Below the pieces are notes generated by a model. It worked only from the letters and a program-made list of their open reading frames with translations. It searched no databases and was not told the origin of the DNA. Positions 47,296 to 56,871 of a DNA stretch of 64,000 bases are shown piece by piece. Numbering within the stretch: position 1 is the stretch's first letter; each line of letters starts with the position of its first letter. Where the stretch lies: contig CAWAWS010000003.1 in NCBI GenBank assembly GCA_963785725.1, positions 256,001-320,000 on the forward strand. The letters are read 5' to 3'. This stretch comes from an uncultured delta proteobacterium. GTDB taxonomy: Bacteria; Myxococcota_A; Polyangia; Palsa-1104. The translations under genes were made by a program, and so were the position numbers.

Positions 47296-48580
47296 ATGGC
47301 CACGAGCAGGCGGCCACGCGCAAGGCCATCGAAGCGGTCTGGCGCATCGAGTCCGCGCGGCTGATCGGCGGGCTCGTGCGCGTGGTTCGCGACGTCGGCG
47401 TGGCCGAGGATCTGGCGCAAGAGGCGCTCGTCACGGCGCTCGAGCGTTGGCCGGAGACGGGCATCCCCGACAACCCGGGCGCGTGGCTGATGGCGACGGC
47501 GAAGAACCGCGCCATCGACGAGCTGCGCCGCCGGCAAATGCTCGAGCGCAAGCACGACGAGCCTCGAGCGCAGACGCGACGACGACGCCGCCGGCGACGC
47601 TCGATCGCGAGACGGCGCTCGACGAAGATGTCGGCGACGATCTGCTGCGGCTGGTGCTTGATCGCGTGTCATCCGGTGCTGTCGACGGAGGCGCGCGTGG
47701 CGCTGACGCTGCGGCTGCTCGGCGGCCTGACGACCGACGAGATCGCGCGCGGCTTCTTCGTGCCCGAGCCGACCATCGCGCAGCGCATCGTGCGCGCCAA
47801 GCGCACGCTGGCCGAGGCGCGCGTGCCTTTCGAGGTGCCGCGCGGCGCCGAGCTGACGGCGCGGCTGCCGTCGGTGCTCGAGGTCGTCTACCTGGTCTTC
47901 AACGAAGGCTACGCGGCGACGCGCGGCGACGAATGGATGCGCACCGACCTGTGCGAGGACGCGCTGCGCCTCGGCCGCATCCTGGCCGGGCTCGTGCCCG
48001 ACGAAGCGGAAGCGCACGGGCTGGTGGCGCTGATGGAGCTGCAAGCGTCGCGGGCGCGGGCGCGCATCGGCCCGTCGGGCGAGCCGATGCTGCTGCTGGC
48101 GCAGGATCGTTCGCGCTGGGATCAGCTGCTCGTTCATCGCGGGCTTGGCGGCGTTGGCGCGCGCGGAGACGCTCGACGGCTCGCACGGTCGACCGCTCGG
48201 TCCGTACACGCTGCAAGCCGCCATCGCCGCCTGTCACGCCCGCGCGCGCACGGCCGACGCGACCGATTGGCCGCGCATCGTCGCGCTCTACGACGCGCTC
48301 GTCGAGCTGACGCGCTCGCCGGTGGTGGAGCTCAATCGCGCGGTGGCGGTGGCGATGGCGTTCGGTCCGGCGGCCGGGCTCGAGCTCGTCGACGCGCTCG
48401 TCGAAGATGCCGGCGCTCAAATCGTACCATCTGTTGCCAAGCGTGCGCGGCGATCTGCTGGCGAAGCTGGGCCGCGACGCCGAGGCGCGGCCGCGAATTC
48501 GAGCGCGCGGCCAAGATGACGCAGAACCGCGCGAGCGGCAGCTCTTGTTGGCGCGCGCCAAGGCGCTGGGCCGCGCGTAG
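47296..48580 (+). pseudogene. ECF42-like sigma-70 factor with C-terminal TPR extension, multiply frameshifted
   Basis: AEDLAQEAL...NPGAWL, CHPVLSTEARVALTLR, YLVFNEGY, QDRSRWD, GPYTLQAAIAACHA, SPVVELNRAVA across several frames. Confidence 0.88.
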
Positions 48581-48590
48581 CTCGGCTAAG

Positions 48591-49934
48591 CTACGGCTTG
48601 TAGACGGCGACGCCGTTGTCGGTGGCGACCCAGATCCACGTGCCGCCGCCGCCGAAGCGGTCGACGTTGATGGCGCGGATGTCGTTCGACGGCAAGCCGG
48701 TCGCGATCGTCAGGTAATCCCACGCTTGCGTCGACGGCGAATAGCGCGCGACGCCGGCCGAGCCGGTGGCGATCCAGACGTCGCCGTTGCCGTCGATGGC
48801 GAGGCCGGTGAGGTTGTTCTGCGGCAGGCCGGTGGCGGTCGTCCAATAGGTCGGCGTGTAGCTGCCCGCCGTCAAATGGGCGAGGCCGTTGCCGCCCGAC
48901 GCCACCCACACGCCGCCGCCGCTGTCGACGGCGACGCCGTAGATGTAGTCGTCGACGCCGGCAAAGACGTCGATCGAATTGGTGCCCGGCTGACCGGGAA
49001 TGCCGAAAGCCTGGAAGAAGTCGCTGTTGGGGCCGGCCGAGCCTTGCGGGAAGAACCACAGCGCGTCGGCGTCGCCCACCCACAAGTCGTGCGCCGGCGT
49101 GAGCGCGATGGCGCGAATGTCGCGGCCGAGCACTTGCGTGTTGTCGGCCGAGAACGGGTGCACGTGCTCTTCGTAGGCCGGACAATTGGCGCCGCACAGG
49201 CCGCTCGCCATCGGCGCGTTCAGGCCGTTGAGCGTCGACAGGCCGTGGAAGCCGCCGAAATAGGCGCGGCCGTTCATCGGCGCGTCCAGATCGACGATCG
49301 TTCGCCACGACGCGATCTCGCGCTTTTGCTGCTCGGGCAGCTCTTCGGAGCCGCTCTGCTGCGTCGCCGTCACCTGCGTGCCGACGACGTCGCGCACGGC
49401 GCCGCTCGCGGGATCGACGTCGAGGCGATCGCCGGTGTAGCCGATGTTGCCGACGAAGGCCTGCCCGCTGTTGCCGCCGGCGATCGTCGAGAAGCTGACG
49501 GGATTCGTGGCCGGACAGGGCGTCGAGCCGATGCAGTAGTAGTCGTCGGTGTACGTGTAGAAGCCGCGCGCCAAGCCGTCTTTCTGATCGTAAGAGTGGA
49601 CGGCGCCGGCGGCGAAGAAGTAGACGGTGCTCGGTGTCACCGCCCAGATATTGCCGCCGACGTCGGTGGAGACGTCGCGGAAGTCACCGCCCGTGCCATA
49701 GGTCGTGACGTGGCCGTTGGTGATCGGCGGGCCGGGCTGGAACGTCGTCATGTCGCCGGGCGGCGGCACGCGCGACCCGCCGTCGTCGCCGCCGGTCGCC
49801 ATATCGCCGCCGCCGCTCGGCGAGCGCGCCATGTCGTTGCCGCCGCCACTTTGTGATGACGAGCCGGCGACGCCGTTCGCGCCGCCGCAACCGCCGACGA
49901 GCAGCGCCAATACCCAAGATAGTCGTGCACGCAT
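48591..49934 (-). CDS. Myxobacterial lipoprotein with two-component-regulator-type beta-propeller repeats
   Basis: VGGC lipobox; DSGGGVWVAS, GLPQNNLTGLAIDGNGDVWIAT, GLPSNDIRAI; sigma54-like CGGC-N7-TTGCG at 49947-49962. Confidence 0.8.
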   Translation of the reverse strand: MRARLSWVLALLVGGCGGANGVAGSSSQSGGGNDMARSPSGGGDMATGGDDGGSRVPPPGDMTTFQPGPPITNGHVTTYGTGGDFRDVSTDVGGNIWAVTPSTVYFFAAGAVHSYDQKDGLARGFYTYTDDYYCIGSTPCPATNPVSFSTIAGGNSGQAFVGNIGYTGDRLDVDPASGAVRDVVGTQVTATQQSGSEELPEQQKREIASWRTIVDLDAPMNGRAYFGGFHGLSTLNGLNAPMASGLCGANCPAYEEHVHPFSADNTQVLGRDIRAIALTPAHDLWVGDADALWFFPQGSAGPNSDFFQAFGIPGQPGTNSIDVFAGVDDYIYGVAVDSGGGVWVASGGNGLAHLTAGSYTPTYWTTATGLPQNNLTGLAIDGNGDVWIATGSAGVARYSPSTQAWDYLTIATGLPSNDIRAINVDRFGGGGTWIWVATDNGVAVYKP

Positions 49935-50083
49935 GCGCGAAACCATCGCAAACGCGGTGCCGAGGCGCGGCCGCCGACTTCGGCGCGTCAGTTCGCCGGT
50001 CGCGGAATGAAACTTCCCATCGCGGAGCGTCGCGTCGCCGCGGCGACGGCAATTGGCGGGCGCGCCGGCGCCGCGCGCGTCAG

Positions 50084-50788
50084 TTACGGCACGTACCAGC
50101 GGATGTTGGCCGGCGCGAGCGGGCTGTGCGGGCCGGCGACGCGATCGATGCGCAGCTGAATCACCGGGCGCGGGCGGCGCGTCGTCGCGATCCAGAAGGT
50201 CCATGGCACGGCGGCGTCGACCTCGACCACCCAGCAGTCGCAACCGGCGACCCTTTCGCGGCCGATGACGCGCAGGGAAAAGCGGCGCAAGAGCTCGTCC
50301 ATGGCGCCGCTCGAGCCGCCCGAGCGCGCGACGAAGCTGGCGGAATAGCCGTCGGCGAGCGGGAAGCCGGCGATGAGCACGCCCCACAAGTGCCAATCGA
50401 ACGCCGGCGCCGGCAGCTCGAGCGCGACTTCGAGCGGCAGCGCCAGCTCACCACCTGAGCCGGGCACGACCATCCAGTGGCGTCCGGATAGACGCCGGCC
50501 CTCCCAGCGAATGTCGACGCGCGTGGCGTCGCCTTCAATCCAGCGGGCGCGCAGCGGCGCCAGCGTGCGCGCGTCGACCTCGTCGAGGTGGTCGTGGCGC
50601 GCGCCGTCGTGGCGCAGCGACTGCTGCGTGCGCACGAGGAGCGCGCGGCCGTCGCGCGTCTGCCGCTCGAGCCGATCGCGCCACTCGCCGACTTCGTGGC
50701 CGGCGCCGTCGGTCACGCGCCAGACGTTGGCGTATTCGGGCAGCTCGTCGCCGCAGACGATGCCGGACTCGGGCGTCACGTCATTCAT
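50084..50788 (-). CDS. Hypothetical protein (DUF3108-like beta-rich)
   Basis: VDARTLAPL, FPLADGYSASF, VIGRERV...CWVVEV; divergent from the AraC gene. Confidence 0.6.
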   Translation of the reverse strand: MNDVTPESGIVCGDELPEYANVWRVTDGAGHEVGEWRDRLERQTRDGRALLVRTQQSLRHDGARHDHLDEVDARTLAPLRARWIEGDATRVDIRWEGRRLSGRHWMVVPGSGGELALPLEVALELPAPAFDWHLWGVLIAGFPLADGYSASFVARSGGSSGAMDELLRRFSLRVIGRERVAGCDCWVVEVDAAVPWTFWIATTRRPRPVIQLRIDRVAGPHSPLAPANIRWYVP

Positions 50789-50857
50789 GCGCCGAGGATG
50801 CCGCAATCGATCGACGTGCGCTTACAGCTTCTTGCGCATGCGTTATCATCGGCGAAC

Positions 50858-51628
50858 ATGGCGCTCGCGCGACAGCGGCTGTTCGCGTCGGATGAGCTGA
50901 CCGTCGAGCGCGTGGCCTGCGACGGTCACGATCCGCGGCGGGCGCGTGAGGAGGTCTTCGCCGGCGATCGCGTCGTCATCGTGCTGCGCGGCGACTTTCA
51001 TCTGCGGCATCGGCGCGGGCGCGGCTTCGTCGATGTGCGCAACGCGCTGTTGGCGCGCGGCGGGCAGCCCTTCGTCATGGCCCATCCGCGCGGGCGCGGC
51101 GACGTCTGCCTGTCGTTCGGCGGCGCCGCGGTGACGCGACTGCTCGACGAGCACGATGTCACCGGCGCCGGCTTGCACACGGCGCCGCCACCGCTCATGA
51201 CGGCGGCGCGCCGGCTCGCCGACGACGGCGGCCTCGGCTGGCAGGCGCTCCTCGCGCAGGCGTTCGCGCCCGATTCGTCGCCGCACCCGTCGCCGGCTGA
51301 CCGGGAGATCGCCGAAGCGGTGCGCTACACCTTGAGCCGCCGCTTCGACGAGCCGGTGCGCCTGGCCGACGTCGCGCGCGCGGCGGCGGTCACGCCGTTT
51401 CACGCCTGCCGCGCCTTTCGCCGTGCGACCGGAACGACGATCCACGCCTGGCTCGACGAGCTTCGCTTACAGCATGCGCTGGCGGCGCTGCTCGACGGCG
51501 AGCCGTCGATCGCCGCCGTCGCCGTCGCCTGCGGCTTCGCCAACCACGGCCACTTGACCAACCGCTTCGTCGCCCGCTTCGGCGTCACGCCGTCTCAGGC
51601 GCGCGCCGGCGGCGTGCGCCGCACGTAG
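50858..51628 (+). CDS. AraC-family regulator
   Basis: LADVARAAAVTPFHACRAFRRATG...IAAVAVACGFANHGHLTNRFVARFGVTPSQ. Confidence 0.92.
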   Translation: MALARQRLFASDELTVERVACDGHDPRRAREEVFAGDRVVIVLRGDFHLRHRRGRGFVDVRNALLARGGQPFVMAHPRGRGDVCLSFGGAAVTRLLDEHDVTGAGLHTAPPPLMTAARRLADDGGLGWQALLAQAFAPDSSPHPSPADREIAEAVRYTLSRRFDEPVRLADVARAAAVTPFHACRAFRRATGTTIHAWLDELRLQHALAALLDGEPSIAAVAVACGFANHGHLTNRFVARFGVTPSQARAGGVRRT

Positions 51629-51675
51629 GGCCGCGCGACGATGGCAAGCCGACGCCGCGCGCCCATACTCGAATC

Positions 51676-52279
51676 ATGCGCCAATCGACCCTCTATCTTT
51701 GCCGGCACGGGGACACCGAGTGGTCCACCGTGCGACGCCTCGCCGGTCGCACCGATCTGCCGCTGACGGCGCAAGGTGAAGCCAACGCGCGCCAGCTCGG
51801 GACGCGGCTGCACGACGTCATCTTCGATCGCGCGCTGATGAGCCCGCTCTTGCGCGCCCGCCGCACCGCCGAGCTCGCCGGCTTCGCCAAGGCGCACGTC
51901 GACGATCGGCTGCGCGAGATGGACTTCGGCCGCTACGAAGGGCTCACCATCGCCGACATTCGCCGCCAACAGCCCGACTGGACCTATCTGCGCGACGGGT
52001 GTCCCGGCGGCGAAGACGCCGACGATCCTCGGCCGTCGCGCCGACGCGCTGCTCGCCGACCTCGAGTCCGCCGGCGGCCGCGTCGTGCTGTTCGCGCACA
52101 GCGTGATCCTGCGCGTCCTGACCGCGCGCTTCTTGGGTCTGCCGGCGAGCGCGGGTCGCATGTTCATGATGTCGCCAGGCGCGCTCAGCATCCTCGGCTA
52201 CGACACAGTCGAAGAAGCGCGCGCCATCGCCAGCTGGAACGACAGCCGCCACCTGAGCGGCCAAGCTGGATTCGCCTGA
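51676..52279 (+). pseudogene. Histidine phosphatase family protein, one frameshift near 52027
   Basis: LCRHGDTEW, SPLLRARRTA, LREMDFGRYEG; continues as VLFAHSVILRVL...WND in another frame. Confidence 0.85.
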
Positions 52280-52363
52280 AGCCGAAGAGCGGCGACGCAC
52301 CGCTCGCTCGCTCGCCGTCGTAGCAAAAATGTGGCTCGCTCGCCGGCCATCGAGGCAAGATTG

Positions 52364-52379
52364 TGGCCGCTCGCTTGCA
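52364..52379 (+). promoter_or_regulatory. sigma54 -24/-12 promoter
   Basis: TGGC-CGCTCGC-TTGCA 12 nt before ATG 52392. Confidence 0.6.
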
Positions 52380-52391
52380 CTATCGACGGTC

Positions 52392-52904
52392 ATGAAACGA
52401 GTCCTACTGGTCGACGATGATGCGGACAGCCGCGATCTCTACGCCCGCTATCTCGACGAGGAGGGCTTCGACGTTTCCGTGGCCAGCGACGGTGCCGAAG
52501 CGGTGGCGCTGGCGTCGGCGGTGCCGCCGGACGCGATCGTGATGGACGTCTCCATGCCCGGCATGGGCGGGCCGGAAGCAGCGGGGCGGCTGCGCGGCGG
52601 TGATACGACGGCCACGATTCCCATCGTCGCCTTGACCGCCGAGCCGCTGGCCGAGGTCGAGAGCAGCAGCTTCGACACGATGTTGGCGAAGCCCTATCCG
52701 CCGCCGGCGCTGGCCGAGCTGTTGACGGAGCTGATGACCGCGACGACCACCACGACGATTGCAGCGGCGCCCGCAGCGGCGATCGCAGCGACGCCCAACA
52801 CGACGATCGACACGACCATAAAAGCGACGATCGCAGCGCCGGCCGACCACGCCGACGACGCGACCGTCAGCGTGACACAGCCGGGCGACCACCGCGCGTC
52901 TTAG
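52392..52904 (+). CDS. Single-domain response regulator with low-complexity tail
   Basis: VLLVDDD, MDVSMPGMGG, VALTA, AKP; Thr/Ala tail from ~24-bp repeats. Confidence 0.9.
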   Translation: MKRVLLVDDDADSRDLYARYLDEEGFDVSVASDGAEAVALASAVPPDAIVMDVSMPGMGGPEAAGRLRGGDTTATIPIVALTAEPLAEVESSSFDTMLAKPYPPPALAELLTELMTATTTTTIAAAPAAAIAATPNTTIDTTIKATIAAPADHADDATVSVTQPGDHRAS

Positions 52905-52935
52905 CGTCGAGCGTGCCTTCGGTCGACGCGGGCGT

Positions 52936-54273
52936 TCAGTCTTTGCCGTCGTTGGGCATGCCGAGATGCTTCATGCGCGCATACAACAGCGCGCGCCGAA
53001 TGCCGAGCAGCCGCGCCGCCTGCGCCCGATTGCCCTGCGCGACGACGAGCGCGCGCTCGATCAGCTGCCGCTCGACGCGCTCCAGATTCGGCCGCAGCGC
53101 GAGGTCGGTCTCGCTCGGCGTCGCGGCGGCGATCGGCGGCGCCGGCAGCTGCAGGTCGTCGACATCGAGCACTTCGGCGCGGGACATCGCGCAGGCGCTC
53201 TCGATGACATGGCGCAGCTGACGCACGTTGCCCGGCCAATCGAAGTCGACGAGCCGCAACATCGCCTCCTCCGACACCGCGCGCCGCTCGGGGCCGGCCG
53301 CGCGCACGAACGCGTCGACGAGCAGCGGAATATCCTGGCGCCGCTCGGCCAACGGCGGCACTTCGATGCGAATGACGCCCAGCCGGTAATACAGATCCTC
53401 GCGCAAGGTCGCGCCCGGGCTGCCCGGCGTCACCGGCCGCGACGTGGCCGCGACGAGCCGCGCCGTCGACGTCTGCCGCGCCGTGCCGCCGACGCGCTCG
53501 AAGCCACCGTCCTCGCAGACGCGCAGGAGCTTGGTTTGCACGGCCGCGTCCAAGTCGCCGATCTCGTCGAGGAAGAGCGTGCCGCCGTGAGCCAAATGAA
53601 AGCGGCCTTCGCGCCGCTCGACGGCACCGGTGAACGCGCCTTTTTCGTGGCCGAACAGCTCGCTCTCGACCAGCGTCGGCGGCAGCGCCGCGATGTTGAC
53701 GGCCACGAACGGCGCCGCCGCGCCCAAGCCGTGCGCGGCGATGGCGCGCGCCACCAGCTCCTTGCCGACGCCGGTCTCGCCCAAGATCAACACCGGCGCG
53801 CGCGAGGCGGCGGCGCGACCGATGGCCTTCCACACTTTGAGCATCTCGGGGCTGGAGCCGATGAGCGCGTCGCTGGTGCCGGTCGGCTCGACGTGTGCCG
53901 GCGTCGGCGAGCGCACGGCGCGGGCGACGCAGGCGACGAGCGCGTCCAGATCGAACGGCTTGGTGACGTATTCGAAGGCGCCGAGGCGCATGGCGCGGAT
54001 GGTGCGCTCGCTGTCGCCGTAGGCCGTCGCCATGATGACCGGCAGCTGCGGCAGCGACTGACGCAGCTTGGCCAGCAGATCGATGCCGTCCCCGTCTTTG
54101 AGGCGAATGTCGAGCAGCACGGCCGCGAACGAATGCTGCGCCAACAGCCGCTCGGCCGCCGCGATGCCGTCGGCCACGTCGACGACGTAGCCGGCGTCGC
54201 GAAAGTGGCCGGCGAGCGCGTCGCGAATGGTGCGCTCATCCTCGACGACCAGTAGGCGCAGCGTCGCGGTCAT
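52936..54273 (-). CDS. sigma54-dependent response regulator (NtrC/AtoC-like)
   Basis: Receiver domain; GETGVGKE, GHEKGAFTGA, LFLDEIG, WPGNVRQL; Fis-type HTH. Confidence 0.96.
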   Translation of the reverse strand: MTATLRLLVVEDERTIRDALAGHFRDAGYVVDVADGIAAAERLLAQHSFAAVLLDIRLKDGDGIDLLAKLRQSLPQLPVIMATAYGDSERTIRAMRLGAFEYVTKPFDLDALVACVARAVRSPTPAHVEPTGTSDALIGSSPEMLKVWKAIGRAAASRAPVLILGETGVGKELVARAIAAHGLGAAAPFVAVNIAALPPTLVESELFGHEKGAFTGAVERREGRFHLAHGGTLFLDEIGDLDAAVQTKLLRVCEDGGFERVGGTARQTSTARLVAATSRPVTPGSPGATLREDLYYRLGVIRIEVPPLAERRQDIPLLVDAFVRAAGPERRAVSEEAMLRLVDFDWPGNVRQLRHVIESACAMSRAEVLDVDDLQLPAPPIAAATPSETDLALRPNLERVERQLIERALVVAQGNRAQAARLLGIRRALLYARMKHLGMPNDGKD

Positions 54274-55775
54274 GGCAGCTCGACGTCGAAGATAGTGCGC
54301 TCGGTGGCTCGACGATAGGTCAGCTGCGCGCCCTGCGCGGCCAACAGCGAGCGGCTGAGGAAGAGGCCGAGGCCGGTGCCCAGCGACTTCGTCGTGAAAA
54401 AGGGCTCGAACAGCTCGCCCACGCGGCCCGCGGGAATGCCTTTGCCGTCGTCGCGCACCTCGACGTGGATGCGCTCGCCGGCACGCACGACCACGACATC
54501 GACGCTGCCACCGTCAGGGCTGGCCTCGACGGCGTTGCGCAGCAAGTTGTCGAGGACGGCGGTCAGGACCTCGCGGTTGCCGTCGATGTGCGCGCTGCCC
54601 GAGCGCTGCACGCGTACGTTGCAGGCCGCGGCCAGCGCCTCGGCCTGGCGGATGCGCTCGTCGATGAGCGCGTCGAGCGCCAGCGGCTCGCGATCGGTCG
54701 GCGCCTTGCGCGCGACGAGCAACAGCGAGCTGACGACACGATCGAGGCGCGCGATCTCCTCCAGGCAGATCTCGACGTCGGCGCGGGCGCGATCGTCCAA
54801 GCCGCGGCGCATGAGCCCGTCGAGCTTGAGCTTGATGCCGGTGATGGGGTTGCGCACCTCGTGAGCGACGCCGGCGACGACGCGGCCGAGCCCGGCCAGG
54901 CGCTGCTCGTGGTCGAGGCGCCGTTCGAGCGCGCGCTCGCGCGAGCGCGTGTCGGCCAGCTCGGCGGCCATGGCGCGCAGGCCGGCGGCGACGCGGTTGA
55001 GCTCGGCGGCGCGCGGCGCGGGGATGTCGGCGCGCAGGTCGGCGCGCAGCCGCACCAGCGCCGTCTCCAGCTCGCCCGTCCCGCGCCGCAGCGTCCGCCA
55101 GCCGTCGAGCGTCATGACGACGAGCAACAAGCACACCAGCGTCATGCTGCCGACTTCGAGGAGCAGCTGACCGCGCGGCGCGTGCGGCGGTGGCGCCGGC
55201 GGCAGCCGCGTCAGCGACCAAGCCACGAGGTTGGCGGCGTCGATGGCGCGCGCCGAGACGAGCAGCAGATCGTGCGGCAGCGCGCGGCGCAGATGCTGCG
55301 TCTGGCGCGAGCCGCCGGCGCGCGCGCAGGCCATCGCCGCCAAGTCGAAGTCGGCCGGCAAGAGGCGCGGGCGCGGCATGCCGTTGCGCGACGAGCGCGC
55401 GACCAGCACGGTGCCGTCGCTGGCGCAGTAGCCGCCGCTCGAGTGGGCGACGGTGGTCAAGAGCTCGTCGACGCCGGTGGCGACCGGGCCGGCCGGCGCG
55501 GCGGCGCGCGCGCCGTCGCAGTCGGGGCCGAAGCAGTCGTCGTCGTCGCCGTGGTCGTCGTCGGAGCCGCGCGGCGCGCGCAGCTGCGCGACCGCGAGCC
55601 GATGGTCGACCGCCTGCCGCGCCAGCGCGTCGACGAGCCCGTCGGCCGCGATGACCGCCGCCGCCTCGCGCACCGAGTCGCGATCGGCGCGCAGCTGATT
55701 GAACGCCAGCGCCGCCGTGGCCACGAGGACGACGACGAGACAAAGGATCAGGGAGAACCGGCGCCGAAAGGACAT
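54270..55775 (-). CDS. Sensor histidine kinase
   Basis: Two TM helices; AHEVRNP, NLLRNA, DDGKG, FFTTK, GTGLGL; overlaps the regulator start. Confidence 0.93.
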   Translation of the reverse strand: MSFRRRFSLILCLVVVLVATAALAFNQLRADRDSVREAAAVIAADGLVDALARQAVDHRLAVAQLRAPRGSDDDHGDDDDCFGPDCDGARAAAPAGPVATGVDELLTTVAHSSGGYCASDGTVLVARSSRNGMPRPRLLPADFDLAAMACARAGGSRQTQHLRRALPHDLLLVSARAIDAANLVAWSLTRLPPAPPPHAPRGQLLLEVGSMTLVCLLLVVMTLDGWRTLRRGTGELETALVRLRADLRADIPAPRAAELNRVAAGLRAMAAELADTRSRERALERRLDHEQRLAGLGRVVAGVAHEVRNPITGIKLKLDGLMRRGLDDRARADVEICLEEIARLDRVVSSLLLVARKAPTDREPLALDALIDERIRQAEALAAACNVRVQRSGSAHIDGNREVLTAVLDNLLRNAVEASPDGGSVDVVVVRAGERIHVEVRDDGKGIPAGRVGELFEPFFTTKSLGTGLGLFLSRSLLAAQGAQLTYRRATERTIFDVELP

Positions 55776-55854
55776 CGAGGTCGCTCGCGACGATCGTGGA
55801 GCAGGACCCGTGCCGAGTAAAGCCCGCGCCGCCGCTGCCGAGCCCGAGCGCGGC

Positions 55855-55890
55855 TGAACGCTCAGCGTTCACTGTGTACGCTGAGCGTAC
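55855..55890. promoter_or_regulatory. Tandem palindromes, probable enhancer (UAS) sites
   Basis: TGAACGCT-C-AGCGTTCA and GTACGCT-G-AGCGTAC, centres 20 bp apart. Confidence 0.7.
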
Positions 55891-55932
55891 GCCGACGACG
55901 GGCGAAGTCGGCGGCGGACGCGGCTTTCCGCG

Positions 55933-55948
55933 TGGCGCACGGCTTGCT
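55933..55948 (+). promoter_or_regulatory. sigma54 -24/-12 promoter
   Basis: TGGC-GCACGGC-TTGCT upstream of GGAGG RBS and ATG 55971. Confidence 0.8.
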
Positions 55949-55970
55949 GAGTCGGCCGGCGGAGGGACAC

Positions 55971-56852
55971 ATGAAGAACATCGTTCGCCCGGTTCGTTCG
56001 CGTCGAATGGCGGCCACGCCCAGCCGTCGCGAGGCGCTGCAGCTCATCGGCGCGGTCGGCGTCAGCGCCATCGTCGGCTGCTCGTCGAGCAGCAGCGGCA
56101 GCGGCGCTGGCGGCGGCGGCGGATCGACCACCGGCGGCGGCGTCGACGCCGGCACGGACGCGGCGGCCAACGCCGACGACGCCGGCGCCGACCTCGCGAC
56201 CGCCGGCAGCGACGCCGCGCAAGCGTCCGAATGCGTGCTGACGGCCGAGCAAGAGGAGGGACCGTTCTACATCGCCGTCGACGCCATCCGCAGCGACATC
56301 ACCGACGGCAAAGCGGGCGTGCCCTTGGCGCTGACGTTCACCATCATCGACGTCACGACTTGCCAGCCGCTCGCCAACGCCGCGCTCGACATCTGGCACT
56401 GCGACTACACCGGCATCTACTCGGACGAAGCCTCGCAGAGCACGACCGGGCAGACGTTCCATCGCGGCGTGCAGATCACCAACGCCGCCGGCCAAGCGTC
56501 CTTCGCCAGCGTCTTTCCCGGCTGGTACGACGGCCGCACGATTCACGTGCACATCAAAGTGCATATCGGCGGCGCCGCCAGCGGCAGCACCTATAGCGGC
56601 GGCCACGTCTCGCATACGGGAAACGTCTTCTTCCCGCAAGCGCTCAATGACGCCGTCGCGGCCGTCAGCCCTTATGACACCGGCGATACCAACGCGCGGA
56701 CCTTGAACGCCAATGACAATGTTTGGAGCAACCAAAATGGCAGTAAATATGTTTGCACGGTCGCCGGATCGGCCAGCTCGGCGATTACGGCGTCGATCGT
56801 GCTCGGCGTCGATCCGACCGCGACGCCGGTCTTGATCGGCGTGCACTCTTAA
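55971..56852 (+). CDS. Exported (Tat/lipoprotein) intradiol ring-cleavage dioxygenase-like protein
   Basis: SRREAL and IVGC; EGPFY, DIWHCDYTGIYS, RGVQIT, FPGWYDGRTIHVH. Confidence 0.88.
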   Translation: MKNIVRPVRSRRMAATPSRREALQLIGAVGVSAIVGCSSSSSGSGAGGGGGSTTGGGVDAGTDAAANADDAGADLATAGSDAAQASECVLTAEQEEGPFYIAVDAIRSDITDGKAGVPLALTFTIIDVTTCQPLANAALDIWHCDYTGIYSDEASQSTTGQTFHRGVQITNAAGQASFASVFPGWYDGRTIHVHIKVHIGGAASGSTYSGGHVSHTGNVFFPQALNDAVAAVSPYDTGDTNARTLNANDNVWSNQNGSKYVCTVAGSASSAITASIVLGVDPTATPVLIGVHS

Positions 56853-56871
56853 TGCGCGACAAAGGAGACGA

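Noticed and set aside
46413..48580. Programmed ribosomal frameshifting
   Set aside because: Too many shifts, no slippery heptamers seen; indel errors or decay are simpler.
47376..49856. 826-aa sigma-factor fusion
   Set aside because: Artefact of frameshifts running antisense through the convergent lipoprotein gene.
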